Positions 25,831 through 38,128 of a DNA stretch of 64,000 bases are shown one piece after another. Origin of the DNA: Macrostomum lignano. Taxonomy: Eukaryota. The position numbers and the translations under genes were made by a program. The DNA is taken from the NCBI GenBank assembly GCA_002269645.1, contig NIVC01000962.1:186001-250000 (forward strand), written 5' to 3'. The notes beneath the pieces are model-generated. The model was not told the origin of the DNA, searched no databases, and saw nothing but the letters and a program-made list of their open reading frames with translations. Position 1 is the first letter of the stretch. Every line of letters starts with the position of its first letter.

Positions 25831-26689
25831 AGCATTTGCAGTTCTCTTGCTATTTTCATTGTGTCGGGAAAAAAGCCAAGGGATCTTAGGAAATTTCCCC
25901 ATTGAAACTCAACAGAAATGTTGGCCATTGTCAGCTCAGCTCTCGGATTCAAAATGGGACTAATAATGTGCTGTATTGCTGTGCATTGCACACTTACCGA
26001 TCCTCTCTGGGCAAAGAAACCCCAAACAATGCTGATGCAGCCTTAGCAGGCTGGGCTATTCAATAGAAGACACAAAATACAACAATTGCGAATCCCCTCA
26101 TTCACCGTCACTCCCAGCATCCACCTCCATCTCTTTCCATTCTCTCCATAATTCTCCGGACGGGAAGCTCCGGCAAAGCATTGCGTGCATCCTTGCAGAG
26201 AGGAATTCTCCTTTCCCCAAGTTCTATTCCAGCCTGACTGACTGACTGACTCATCCGGATCCCAGACCTGACTGACGCCCCCCGTTCTGATTGGCTCTCA
26301 CTTCTCCCTCTCTGGCTGGGGAACAGGAGGGCGGGGGTGGCAAATGCCGGCAGGCCCGAGGCAAGAGCCGTTAAGCTCTGCAGCTCAGGCTCACAGTAGG
26401 GAGGGCTGGCAAGAGAAGCTGACAACGTTTTTGTTTAATTAAAAATCCCCACGTTGACGGGAAAGTGGAGACTTGTAATTAAAGAGACAGCTTCACTGCC
26501 TGGAGACGGACAGGGAAGCCAGGTGGTACAGCAGAGCGAAAGCGATTTTTTTATACTAAAAGGCCATCTACTTTTGCACCAAAGGTGAGTGGCATGGTAG
26601 GGGAGTGAGTGAATATTTGAGTGAATGTGTGAGTAGGTAAGTGAACGGGCATGTCATTGAGTGAATGGATAGGGAAGCAAGTGAATGGG

Positions 26690-27100
26690 TAGGTTATGTA
26701 AGTGGATGGGTAGGTGAATGAGTGAATGGGTAGGTGAATGAGTGAATGGGTAGGCGAGTGAGTGAATGGGTAGGCGAGTGAGTGAATGGGTAGGCGAGTG
26801 AGTGAATGGGTAGGCGAGTGAGTGAATGGGTAGGCGAGAAATTGTATGGGTAGAGAAGTGAGTGAATGGGTAGGTGAGTTAGTGAATGGGTAGGTGAGTG
26901 AGTGAATGGGTACGTGAGTGAGTGAATGGGTAGGCATGTGAATTTATGGGTAGAGAAGTGAGTGAATGTGTAGGGAAGTGAGTGAATGGGTGGGTGAGTG
27001 AATGAGTGAATGAGTAGGTGAGTGAGTGAATGTGTAGGGAAGTGAGTGTATGAGTAGGGAAGTGAGTGAGTGGGTAGGTGAGTGAGTGAATGGGTATGCG
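26690..27100. repeat. Degenerate 20-bp repeat (GTGAGTGAATGGGTAGGCGA)n
   Basis: Visible array. Confidence 0.88.
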
Positions 27101-27439
27101 AGTAATTTAATTACTTGAAACCTACCCACTTGAGCTATTTTTAGCTTTCCTGCGAATTGCATTTAAGTCCCTTTTCAGTCTGAAGCAGTTTCACATCCTT
27201 TGTCTCTGACTAAAACATTTTTGTGAGCTCAGTGCTCGAGTCCTCATCAAGAGCTGCTCCTTCCATCCAGCTTTCAAGAAAGACTTGAACGCAGTCCACT
27301 AATTGCAGGACTTGACCTGCTTCGGAGCTCTGAGTGCTGAGGAGGCAACAGCTAGCCCGAATCCCCTTTGTCGAAAATTGTTCCCATAGTTGAAGACTGC
27401 GAGACACCTGCTCATGCTTCAGATCATGCGGTCTCTCAC

Positions 27440-28680
27440 CTTGGCACTCCAGTGTCTCCCCTTGGCACTCCAGTGTATCTCCTTGGCACTCCAGTGTCTC
27501 CCCTTGGCACTCCAGTGTCTCTCCTTGGCACTCCAGTGTCTCTCCTTGGCACTCCAGTGTCTTCCCTTGGCACTCCAGTGTCTTCCCTTGGCACTCCAGT
27601 GTCTTCCCTTGGCACTCCAGTGTCTCTACTTGGCACTCCAGTGTCTCCCCTTGGCACTCCACTTTCTCTCCTTGACACTCCAGTGTCTTTACTTGGCACT
27701 CCAGTGTCTTCCCTTGGCACTCCAGTGTCTACTTGGCACTCCAGTGTCTTCCCTTGGCACTCCAGTGTCTTCCCTTGGCACTCCAGTGTCTTCCCTTGTC
27801 ACTCCAGTGTCTCTCCTTGTCACTCCAGTGTCTCTCCTTGTCACTCCAGTGTCTCTCCTTGGCACTCCAGTGTCTTCCCTTGGCACTCCAGTGTCTTCCC
27901 TTGGCACTTCAGTGTCTTCCCTTGGCACTCCAGTGTCTTTCTTTAGCACTCCAGTGTCTCTCCTTGGCACTCCAGTGTCTCTCCTTGGCACTCCAGTGTA
28001 TCTCCTTGGCACTCCAGTGTCTCTCCTTGGCACTCCAGTGTCTCTCCTTGGCACTCCAGTGTATCTCCTTGGCACTCCAGTGTATCTCCTTGGCACTCCA
28101 CTTTCTCTCCTTGACACTCCAGTGTCTTTACTTGGCACTCCAGTGTCTTCCCTTGGCACTCCAGTGTCTTCCCTTGGCACTCCAGTGTCTACTTGGCACT
28201 CCAGTGTCTCTCCTTGTCACTCCAGTGTATCTCCTTGGCACTCCAGTGTCTTCACTTGGCACTCCAGTGTCTTCCCTTGGCACTCCAGTGTCTTCCCTTG
28301 GCACTCCAGTGTCTTTCTTTAGCACTCCAGTGTCTCCCCTTGGCACTTCAGTGTATCTCTTTGGCACTCCAGTGTATCTCTTTGGCACTCCAGTGTATCT
28401 CCTTGGCACTCCAGTGTATCTCCTTGGCACTCCAGTATCTCTACTTGGCACTCCAGCGTCTCTCCTTGGCACTCCAGTGTCTCTACTTGGCACTCCAGTG
28501 TCTCTACTTGGCACTCCAGTGTCTCTACTTGGCACTCCAGTGTCTCTCCTTGGCACTCCAGTGTCTTCCCTTGGCACTCCAGTGTCTTCCCTTGGCACTC
28601 CAGTGTATCTCCTTGGCACTCCAGTATCTTTACTTGGCACTCCAGTGTCTCTCCTTGGCACTCCAGTGTCTTTCTTGGCA
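27440..28680. repeat. 21-bp minisatellite (TTGGCACTCCAGTGTCTCTCC)n
   Basis: About 59 copies by length. Confidence 0.96.
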
Positions 28681-29796
28681 CTTCTATTTGCTTACTTTTG
28701 CCATCTAGGAATCTTTTCCATTACTAAAGCATTCTGGAAACAGGAAATATCCAAGTCATCATGAGATTTTCTCCCAAAAAATAAATTGTCTCTTCGTGGC
28801 CAGGACTTTCGTGGAATCATTGAGGAGCTTACATTGGGATTGCCTGGGAAATCCGCTGGTAATTGCTTGCTCGCTTGGAGCGCTCTGATGGTTTCCTGGA
28901 ACCCAAGCAGCTGTGCTGTCTACTCTGGATCAATATCGATATGTTGAGTAGAAGATATATCTGTGGCCCCAGTCACATGGCTGAACTGGCGACGAGGCCA
29001 AGCATTTGGAGACATGCAGATAGCTAAAAAATTACTATGAATAGAGAAGAGAGGAGATTGAGAGAAGGAAATAAGAGAGATAAGAGAGGGAGCGGGACAG
29101 ACGCAGAGTGAGTAGACAGGTGAGAGAGTGAGTAGACAGAGGAGAGAGTGAGTAGACAGGTGAGAGAGTGAGTAGACAGGTGAGAGAAGGAGTAGACAGG
29201 GGAGAGTGAGTAGACAGTGGAGGGAGGGAGTAGACAGAGGAGAGAGTGAGTAGACAGGGGAGAGAGTGAGTAGACAGGGGAGGGAGGAGTGAAGCAAAAT
29301 TTGCATTGAGACTGTCCTTAGTATGTGCATGCATCGCTCATATATCAAAACACACTCTTTGTCGCAATTTCTTGGAAAGTGGTTTATCGCCGGCCGGCAC
29401 TCCAGTTAATCACAGAAGCGCCTTCGCCCTCCCACGCGCGGTCACCCCCGCAAGCAGCTCAAAGTGGGCGGCGGCGGGACGGGCAATGAAACGGGGAAAT
29501 TCCGCGCACACACCAGCTTAATGGACAGCTCCAAAGAGAGAAAGCGGAGCAAAGGAGCGCCCGGGAACTTGGCTAAACTGGGCGGGCATTCCAGGACCTC
29601 CCCTGCTCCCATTTTCTACTCTCGAGCGGCGCACATTTCGTCCGAATTTCTTCTATTTAATCTCGTTATCGCAAGCTGAGAGAGTGGGATGCAGGATGCT
29701 GGGACGCTCGCTGATGATGCTTGACTTTCACTTTCTACTTTTCTGTTTGCCAATTTTTAATTTGCTTTCACAACGTTGTTTTTCTGCTTATCTGCA

Positions 29797-29840
<44 letters not shown>

Positions 29841-30105
29841 GTGTCTCCGTCTGTTTGGCTTATTTTTGTCGGGAAACAATCTTGCACATTTCATCAGTTA
29901 TCCTTCTTAAAGTCGCAGGCTGATAAATTATTTATTGCCTTCTCATTCCCCATGCAGAGCGCAGGTCTGTGGGCTGCTCAGCTGCTGTCGGCATGAGAAA
30001 TGGACTAATGAAGAATTGCTGCATTTTGAGTACAGAGTTGGGGCGCAAAGAGAAATTGCGAGCAAGATTATGAAGGGGCGTTAATAGATATGCATTGCTG
30101 ATTAT

Positions 30106-30348
<243 letters not shown>

Positions 30349-30849
30349 TCTTTGATCCATCTCCAGCAGGCAAAAGTACACACCAGTACTCGCGTCGGGC
30401 AAGATCAGTTTCCAATCTTGGATGCGGCTCAGATCCCGGACAGGGAGAAACTGCCCGCTACCCTAGCGATCCCTAATCTCCCCCTTGGCGAGGATTAGCA
30501 TGGGGATTTTGTCCCGTTGGGGCGAATATTTTAATCTCTTTGCGCTGTTGCGGGTTCTCTGCGGCAAATAAAAATAGGGAGCAAATGAGTTGTGGGATTT
30601 CTGGGATTTATTGTCGGCTGGCTGGGCGATGGTGCCGGGGTTTTTCCGTAAAATGCGCAATTTTACACAGAAAGACGAAAGGAATGGTGGCTCTTGTAAA
30701 GCACTCACTGGAATGAGCAAAATCTCGGGTTTATTGAGTTCTTGAATTCATGACCTGTGCGTACAATATCTAAGCATAATTGTCACCGTCTAATTTACTG
30801 AGTCTCGGTGTTGATTTATCCACGTGAATCTGCGTATTTGCACATCTTC

Positions 30850-31070
30850 TGTATAGATCAGTGTGGATTCTGTATAGATCAGCTTAGATTCTGTATAGAT
30901 CAGTGTGGATTCTGTATAGATCAGTGTGGATTCTGTATGGATCAGTATGGATTCTGTATAGATCAGTGTGGATTCTGTATAGATCAGTATGGATTCTGTA
31001 TAGATCAGTGTTGATTCTGTATAGATCAGTGTAGATTCTGTATAGATCATTACATATTCTGTATAGATCA
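30850..31070. repeat. 21-bp repeat (TTCTGTATAGATCAGTGTGGA)n
   Basis: Ends about 30 nt before acceptor CCGCTTGCAG upstream of the ATG at 31121. Confidence 0.92.
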
Positions 31071-31120
31071 TTGCAGCCTCCAATACCCCATCCGCTTGCA
31101 GAAGTCCCCCCGCCGCAGCC

Positions 31121-32130
31121 ATGCTGAACGGGCTGGCCAGGTTCTCCAGCGCCCAGAATGCCTACTTCGATCTCTCCGCCGACACCGAGCTACCCGACAG
31201 CTTGGCCTCGGAGCCGCCGCCGCCGCCGCCGCAGCTGCCATCGATGCCGCACCGCCCGGACGCCTCCCCGGGTGCATCCGCCGGAGCGCCGGCGCCCTCC
31301 TCCGTGTCGGCCGGCCTGTCCGCTTCGCCGTCAACTCGCAGTTTGTCGCGTCGCCGACTTCTGGCTGGTCGGAAAGGCGTCGCCATCCGCGCCCTCCTCG
31401 CCTGCCTGCTGCTGCTGGCCGGCGCTCTGGCGGGCAGCGCCGTCGCCAAGGCCCGCCTGCGGCAGCAGCGGCAGCAACAGCAGCAACAACCCGAAGCCTC
31501 GGACAGCGCTCTGGACTACAGTTCGAGCTGGAGCTCGGAGATTCTCTCTGGGATCGGTGAGATCAGAGATCCAACCCAGCAGGAGCTGCTGGCCAAAGAT
31601 TTCGTTGGCAGTCAGCTGCGGGCGATGCTCGCTGCCGGAGACGCCAACGACGCTTGGCTCGTCGAGGCCGCTCGAGAGACGGCGGCGGGCCTGGGCCGCA
31701 ATGCCAGCCTGCAGGTGACGGCGGCGGCCGCCTGCGGCGATTCGAAGTCGCTGGGTAGAGTTGCCTACGCGAATTTCGGCAGCGAGCGGGACTTCGCCGA
31801 CTTGCTGAGGGTGAGCGGCCTGCCCGACTGCTCCGGGCTGGTGCTGATGGCTCGGGTTGATGGCGGCGGCGGTGGCGCCTTCAAGGTGGCCAGGCGGGCT
31901 CGGCTCTGCCAGGCTGTCGGCTTGGTGTTTCTCGGCGACTCCGCGGAGGTCGCCGCGGCAGCGGCGGCTACCGAAGTTCTACCCACGGCAGCCATAGTCG
32001 ATAAGTCCCGGGTTCGAGCCCTGTTTGTGGAATTCTCGGCAGTCAAGGGCAACGGCAGCCTTCCTCAGTGTCCGGCCAGCTGGAATTGCAGGCCGCACGA
32101 GTTTCTGGGGCCGTCGGACGAGCTAGGGCC
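31121..32130 (+). CDS. Transferrin receptor/PSMA (M28B)-like type II membrane protein, exon 1: cytoplasmic tail, TM, PA/apical domain
   Basis: Kozak GCAGCCATG; TM VAIRALLACLLLLAGALAGSAVA; PA motif VAYANFGSERDF (cf. TfR1 HANFGTKKDF, PSMA YVNYARTEDF); donor GCC|GTGAGT, phase 2. Confidence 0.85.
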
Positions 32131-32289
32131 GTGAGTCGACGCTCGATGCGGCTGTAGCCAGGGACTGCTACTATACAATAGGGCAGCTGGATTGGAAATT
32201 TAATTTATTAATGACTGAGAGAAAGTGAAACCAGATAGCTATTAGTGAAGGACATGGAAGAGAGCAAAAATCTGAGCGGCAGGAATTGA

Positions 32290-33590
32290 GACAGGGAGAG
32301 ACGGAGAGAGAGAGAAGAGGTGAGGGAGAGAAGAGGTGAGGGAGAGAAGAGGTTAGGGAGAGAAGAGGTTAGGGAGAGAAGAGGTGAAGGAGAGAAGAGG
32401 TGAGGGAGAGAAGAGGTGAGGGAGAGAAGAGGTGAGGGAGAGAAGAGGTGAGGGAGAGAAGAGGTGAGGGAGAGAAGATGTGAGGGAGAGAAGAGGTGAG
32501 GGAGAGAAGAGGTGAGGGAGAGACGAGGTGAGAAAGAGGAGAGGTGAGAAAGAGGAGAGGTGAGAAAGAGGAGAGGTGAGAAAGAGGAGAGGTGAGAAAG
32601 AGGAGAGGTGAGAAAGAGGAGAGGTGAGAAAGAGGAGAGGTGAGAAAGAGGAGAGGTGAGAAAGAGGAGAGGTGAGAAAGAGGAGAGGTGAGAAAGAGGA
32701 GAGGGAGGGAGAGGAGAGGTGAGAGAGAGGAGAGGGAGGGAGAGGAGAGGTGAGGGAGAGAAGAGGTGAGGGAGAGAAGAGGTTAGGGAGAGAGAAGAGG
32801 TGAGGGAGAGAAGAGGTGAGGGAGAGAAGAGGTGAGGGAGAGGAGAGGTGAGGGAAAGAAGAGGTGAGGGAGAGAAGAGGTGAGGGAGAGAAGAGGTGAG
32901 GGAGAGAAGATGTGAGGGAGAGAAGAGGTGAGGGAGAGAAGAGGTGAGGGAGAGAAGAGGTGAGGGAGAGAAGAGGTTAGGGAGAGAAGAGGTTAGGGAG
33001 AGAGAAGAGGTGAGGGAGAGAAGAGGTGAAGGAGAGAAGAGGTTAGGGAGAGAGAAGAGGTGAGGGAGAGAAGAGGTGAGGGAGAGAAGAGGTGACGGAG
33101 AGAAGAGGTGAGGGACAGAAGAGGTGAAGGAGAGAAGAGGTGAGGGAGAGAAGAGGTGAGGGAGAGAAGAGGTTAGGGAGAGAAGAGGTGAGGGAGAGAA
33201 GAGGTGAGGGAGAGAAGAGGTGAGGGAGAGAAGAGGTGAGGGAGAGAAGAGGTGAGGGAGAGAAGAGGTTAGGGAGAGAAGAGGTGAGGGAGAGAAGAGG
33301 TTAGGGAGAGAAGAGGTGAGGGAGAGAAGAGGTGAGAAAGAGGAGAGGTGAGAAAGAGGAGAGGTGAGAAAGAGGAGAGGTGAGAAAGAGGAGAGGTGAG
33401 AGAGAGGAGAGGTGAGAAAGAGGAGAGTTGAGAAAGAGGAGAGGTGAGAAAGAGGAGAGGTGAGAAAGAGGAGAGGTGAGAAAGTGGAGAGGTGAGAAAC
33501 AGGAGAGGGAGGGAGAGGAGAGGTGAGAGAGAGGAGAGGGAGGGAGAGGAGAGGTGAGAGATAGGAGAGGGAGGGAGAGGAGAGGTGAGG
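32290..33590. repeat. 16-bp GA-rich repeats (GAGGGAGAGAAGAGGT / GAGAAAGAGGAGAGGT)
   Basis: Visible array in intron 1 of the TfR-like gene. Confidence 0.93.
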
Positions 33591-34269
33591 GAGTGGCGAT
33601 TTTCACTTCCGTTTTAAAAAGCAATAAACCAATAAAGCTTCGCCCGGCTGAGCTGCACGGCAATAAATCAGTGTCAGCCGTGAATCCTGCCTTCCGCTCT
33701 CCATGGGATCCTGGACTAGCTTCAAACTTTATTTACAACCCCATAGAAATCAGTCAGCCTCCTGCAGGGAACTGATAAATTGTTTTTGCCTGCTCAACCT
33801 CCGCGCTAATCTCTCCCCCTCCCCCCTGCAGCGCGGACCAGCTGCGGTGGCGGTGCCTGAGCAGTTTTTGAGTAATGAGGCTCGCCGCTCAACTGGTGAT
33901 GCAGCGGATCCGGCTCGGGGATTCTGGAGGGAGAGGAAGTTAGCAAAGGGGAAATGGAGATTTCTTACGCCTGCTCGAGTCTCCTGCTCGGCCCATCTCG
34001 CTTCCCGCGCCCTTACCTCGGCTCAGCTTCCCTCCTGAGCTGCTGCATCCTCTCTCCTCCCCTCCTTCTCTATGAAGCTCCTCTTTTAATCAGAATGCAC
34101 TCGCCTTGCATTCCTGGCACTTGGATTGAAGCTGGCCCTCTTTACCGAGAATGAGTTCGAGTGCGCGCGATTTTATGAGTGCATTTATATCAATGGGATT
34201 AATAATTGCATTCTCATAATTCCTATTTAATACATTAAAGTAGGTTTAGAGATATTGATATCGATTGTC

Positions 34270-34800
34270 TCTGATGTTTACTGTGAGAGTCTTTTATATC
34301 TACTAGGAGAGTCTTTGATGTCTTCTGTGAGAGTCTTTGATATCTTCTGTGACAATACTTGCTATCTACTAGGAGAGTCTTTTATGTCTTCTGTGAGAGT
34401 CTTTGATATCTTCTGTGACAATCTTTGCTATCTACTAGGAGAGTCTTTGATATCTTCTGTAGAGTCTTCTGTGACAATCTTTGATGTCTTTGATGTCTTC
34501 TGCGCGAGTCTTTGATATCTTCGGTGAGAGTCTTTGATATCTTCGGTGAGAGTCTTTGATATCTTCTGTGACAATCTTTGCTATCTACTAGGAGAGTCTT
34601 TGATATCTTCTGTAGAGTCTTCTGTGACAATCTTTGATGTCTTTGATGTCTTCTGCGCGAGTCTTTGATATCTTCGGTGAGAGTCTTTGATATCTTCGGT
34701 GAGAGTCTTTGATATCTTCTGTGAGAGTCTTTGATGTCTTCTGTGAGAGTCTTTGGTATCTTCTGTAAGAGTCTTTGATGTCTTCTGTGAGAGTCTTTGA
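34270..34800. repeat. Degenerate repeat with GAGAGTCTTTGATATCTTCTGT core
   Basis: Visible array with longer internal duplications. Confidence 0.88.
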
Positions 34801-34859
34801 TGTATAAAACGTTTTTTCAGTTCAGAGCACGCCATTCTGTTCTTGACTTACAGAGGATT

Positions 34860-34913
34860 GGGTTAGGGTTAGGGTTAGTGTTAGGGTTAGGGTTAGGGTT
34901 AGGGTTAGGGTTA
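34860..34913 (+). repeat. Interstitial telomere-like repeat (TTAGGG)8, one copy TTAGTG
   Basis: Read directly from the sequence. Confidence 0.9.
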
Positions 34914-35509
34914 CACGCTTCTTCCGCCTCAACTCTGCCTGATGCAGGTGGCGACTTAAAAGGTTTTGAAGCGAAGGAGAGGAGGCGGGGACAGAGGGGA
35001 TTCGGAGCCCATGGGAAGTGGTCACGAAGGGCTTCCCGGTCACGCTTTTTTCCCACAAAAATATTGCCAGCCTAAATGACAGATGGTCAGCCAGTGTTTA
35101 TTGGCTCACCTCTCCCTCCCTCTCTCTCCTCTCGCCCTGCCTCCTCCCGTATGCGCTGAGGCGCAGGGATTTGGCTTTTTTCCAAGAAAAAACTTTGTTA
35201 GTCAAGGGCCACCTTCAATGATTGAAGATGACTGAACAGAGAAGAGGACAAGAGGTAAGGGAAGGAGATGGCGGATGTGAACGGCCTGCCAGCTTGGCAC
35301 CCTGCCAGAGCTGACTTCTTGCTGTATTTATTCTAATATGTCCACAGCCAAAAAGTACAGAGAGTCTTGCTTCCGGTATGGTATGCTTTGTATTCGATCG
35401 GTCAACTAACTAATTGGGGATCACCATTCTGATCAGCTACATGGGTCACTCGTCCAGATAGATATAAATATGCATGTATAGTGTAACTCGAGTGAAGGAG
35501 TAGAGGGAG

Positions 35510-36390
35510 AGAAAGGGAGTAGAGGTAGAGAGGAGGGTAGAGGGAGAGAGGAGGGTAGAGGGAGAGAGGAGGGTAGAGGGAGAGAGGAGGGTAGAGGGAG
35601 AGAGGAGGGTAGAGGGAGAGAGGAGGGTAGAGGGAGAGAGGAGGGTAGAGGGAGAGAGGAGGGTAGAGGAAGAGAGGAGGGAGGAGGGTAGAGAGAGAGA
35701 GGAGGGTAGAGGGTGAGAGGAGGGTAGAGGAAGAGAGGAGGGAGGAGGGTAGAGGGAGAGAGGAGGGTAGAGGGAGAGAGGAGAGTAGAGAAAGAGAGGA
35801 GGGTAGAGGAAGAGAGGAGGGTAGAGGAAGAGAGGAGGGTAGAGGAAGAGAGGAGGGTAGAGGAAGAGAGGAGGGAGGAGGGTAGAGGGAGAGAGGAGGG
35901 TAGAGGGAGAGAGGAGAGTAGAGAAAGAGAGGAGGGTAGAGGAAGAGAGGAGGGTAGAGGGTAGAGGGAGGGAGGAGGGTAGAGGGAGAGAGGAGGGTAG
36001 AGGAAGAGAGGAGGGTAGAGAGTAGAGGGAGAGAGGAGGGTAGAGGAAGAGAGGAGGGTAGAGGAAGAGAGGAGGGTAGAGGGAGAGAGGAGGGTAGAGG
36101 GTAGAGGGAGTGAGGAGGGTAGAGGAAGAGAGGAGGGAGGAGGGAGTGAGGAGGGTAGAGGGAGGGAGGAGGGTAGAGGAAGTGAGGAGGGTAGAGGGAG
36201 AGAGGAGGGTAGAGGGAGAGAGGAGGGTAGAGGGAGTGAGGAGGGTAGAGGGAGGGAGGAGGGTAGAGGAAGTGAGGAGGGTAGAGGAAGAGAGGAGGGA
36301 GGAGGGAGTGAGGAGGGTAGAGGGAGGGAGGAGGGTAGAGGAAGTGAGGAGGGTAGAGGGAGAGAGGAGAGCAGAGGGAGAGGGGAGAGG
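35510..36390. repeat. 18-bp GA-rich repeat (GAGGGTAGAGGGAGAGAG)n
   Basis: Visible array. Confidence 0.93.
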
Positions 36391-37147
36391 GAATGCAGCA
36401 ATGGCAGTTCTGTATCGGATGGGTCCCTCAAAGCAAACACAAGCTCAGAACCGGACACTGCAGGCAGTCAAACAAAAAGGCACCAACTCTTCAATCAAGT
36501 GCGTGAATTTACACACAGCACTGCCCAGTGCCAGTAGGCTTCACCCCAAACTCCAGCATCAGTTCAACATCAGTGAGATGCTGCAATCAATACGGATCGA
36601 TTCCTGGCGGCTCTTCGCGCCAGTTTTTCCTTGGCTCATTTCTGCGGCAGCAACACGCCAGGGCTCGAATATCGAAGCAGGGGGTCTGGCTATGCAGCCC
36701 AGTGCAGCCTACTTAGAGACATGCGGATAGACAGGCAGACAGGCAGACAGGCAGACAGATAAATAGATAAAACGCGTGCCGTATTGAGAGGCATGAGAGA
36801 AAGGAGACAGGGGGGAAGAGAGCAGCAGAGAGGAGAGGAAGATCAGTTGCTATGCAGGGGCTTGGGGGTCAGGAAATCCGATATGGCAGTTTAGCAGCAG
36901 CAGCCCCAGCTGCTGGCACGCAGCGATGGGGCTTGATAAGGGGTCGGGGAGGGGGCTGGGAGGGCTTGAGCCGGGGGGGGGGGGAGCTGTGTTCGAGCCA
37001 GCGGATCCGATCGATGTACTTTTTTTGTGCTGCATAAGCTTTCGACAAGCTCAGAGCAGCATGGGACAATGCGAATGTACGGGCAGGCGTATTGTGACCA
37101 AAAAAGGCAATTTCTAAGTGAAGGGGATTAGTAGTGAATGAGTCTTC

Positions 37148-38128
37148 TTGGCCATGCAACCTATGATCCCGTCTTGCAAAACGCAGGGTGTGGCCGAAGT
37201 CGCATCAAAGTCAGGAAATCCCGCCGATGAAAAATTTTTCCCTATCGGTGGTTTGGGCGCCTCTGAGATTTTTTTGGCGAGGAGAAAAGTCCAAAATAAA
37301 ATTCAATCTCAGAAGCGGATTAGAAGTATATAATCTTTGTCTGTTCTTTTGGTTCCTATGGCAGAGAAAGGTCGAGGACGCTGTTCTCAGGCCGAGGCGA
37401 AGCCGAGGCCTTAGAATTGCGTCCGAGGTCTTTCTGCCATAGACACCAAAAGAACAGACGAAGATCGTACTTAATCTACAGATATTGGAAGCGACTGGGA
37501 GTGGGAGTGAGGTATTCGTCAAAAGCGGGGGTGTGGGGGGCGCAGCCCGCCACATTTAACCATATACATAAAAATTAAAGTAAAAGATTCGATGCTTAAA
37601 TTAAAAGCGAGCAAGGAAAGGTTTGGGCAGCTTGGGCACACCCCAGATTATGAGCGCTGCCTTCCGTGCATCTATAAAATCTACGACGGCTACCGACCGG
37701 AGCAATGTAAGCACGAGAACCTCTTTCTGACTTGGTTTCGAAGTGAGTCTGCCATTAAGAGCGACAGATGGTACCAGAATGGACATACTCTCGACTCCAT
37801 TGTGGCGAATATCACCAAGCCTGTGTCTACGGATGGTAAATTCTCAAACCAGTCTCTAAGGAAGACTTGTGCCAGCACGTTGCATCGGGCTGGACTGGCT
37901 AGGGACGATATAGTCCGCGTCACTGGACATTCGTCCAACGCAATTGAGAGGTACATACGGCTAGACGTCCAGGACCATTCGCGTATGACCTACGCTCTAC
38001 ACGCCGGAGGAGCCGTGGAGTCCAATGGGCGGACCAATGAGCAAGATGTCATGTCTGAGGGTACTACCAAGAAGATGCGCATGACTGTCCACGGTGACAC
38101 CAACACCGTAGAAATCATGTTCGAGTGA
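37148..38128 (+). mobile_element. Decayed Crypton-type (DUF3504) tyrosine recombinase
   Basis: ORF 37592-38128 has RCLPCIYKIY, FSNQSLRKTCASTL (HxxR box with H replaced by Q) and TGHSSNAIERY (H...Y box). An upstream frame has KFNLRSGLEVYNL (first-Arg box, about 37300-37337) that is not contiguous with this ORF. Confidence 0.78.

Noticed and set aside
33832-33970. Candidate extra exon of the TfR-like gene after CCCCCCTGCAG
   Set aside because: The required phase-2 frame hits TGA after 12 codons, and exon 1 joins 39290 directly with continuous homology
36450-36730. IRIDSW peptide as the missing HRDSW zinc motif
   Set aside because: It is in the wrong order (upstream of the LRG..P.RY segment), has no compatible splice phase, and the surrounding residues do not align
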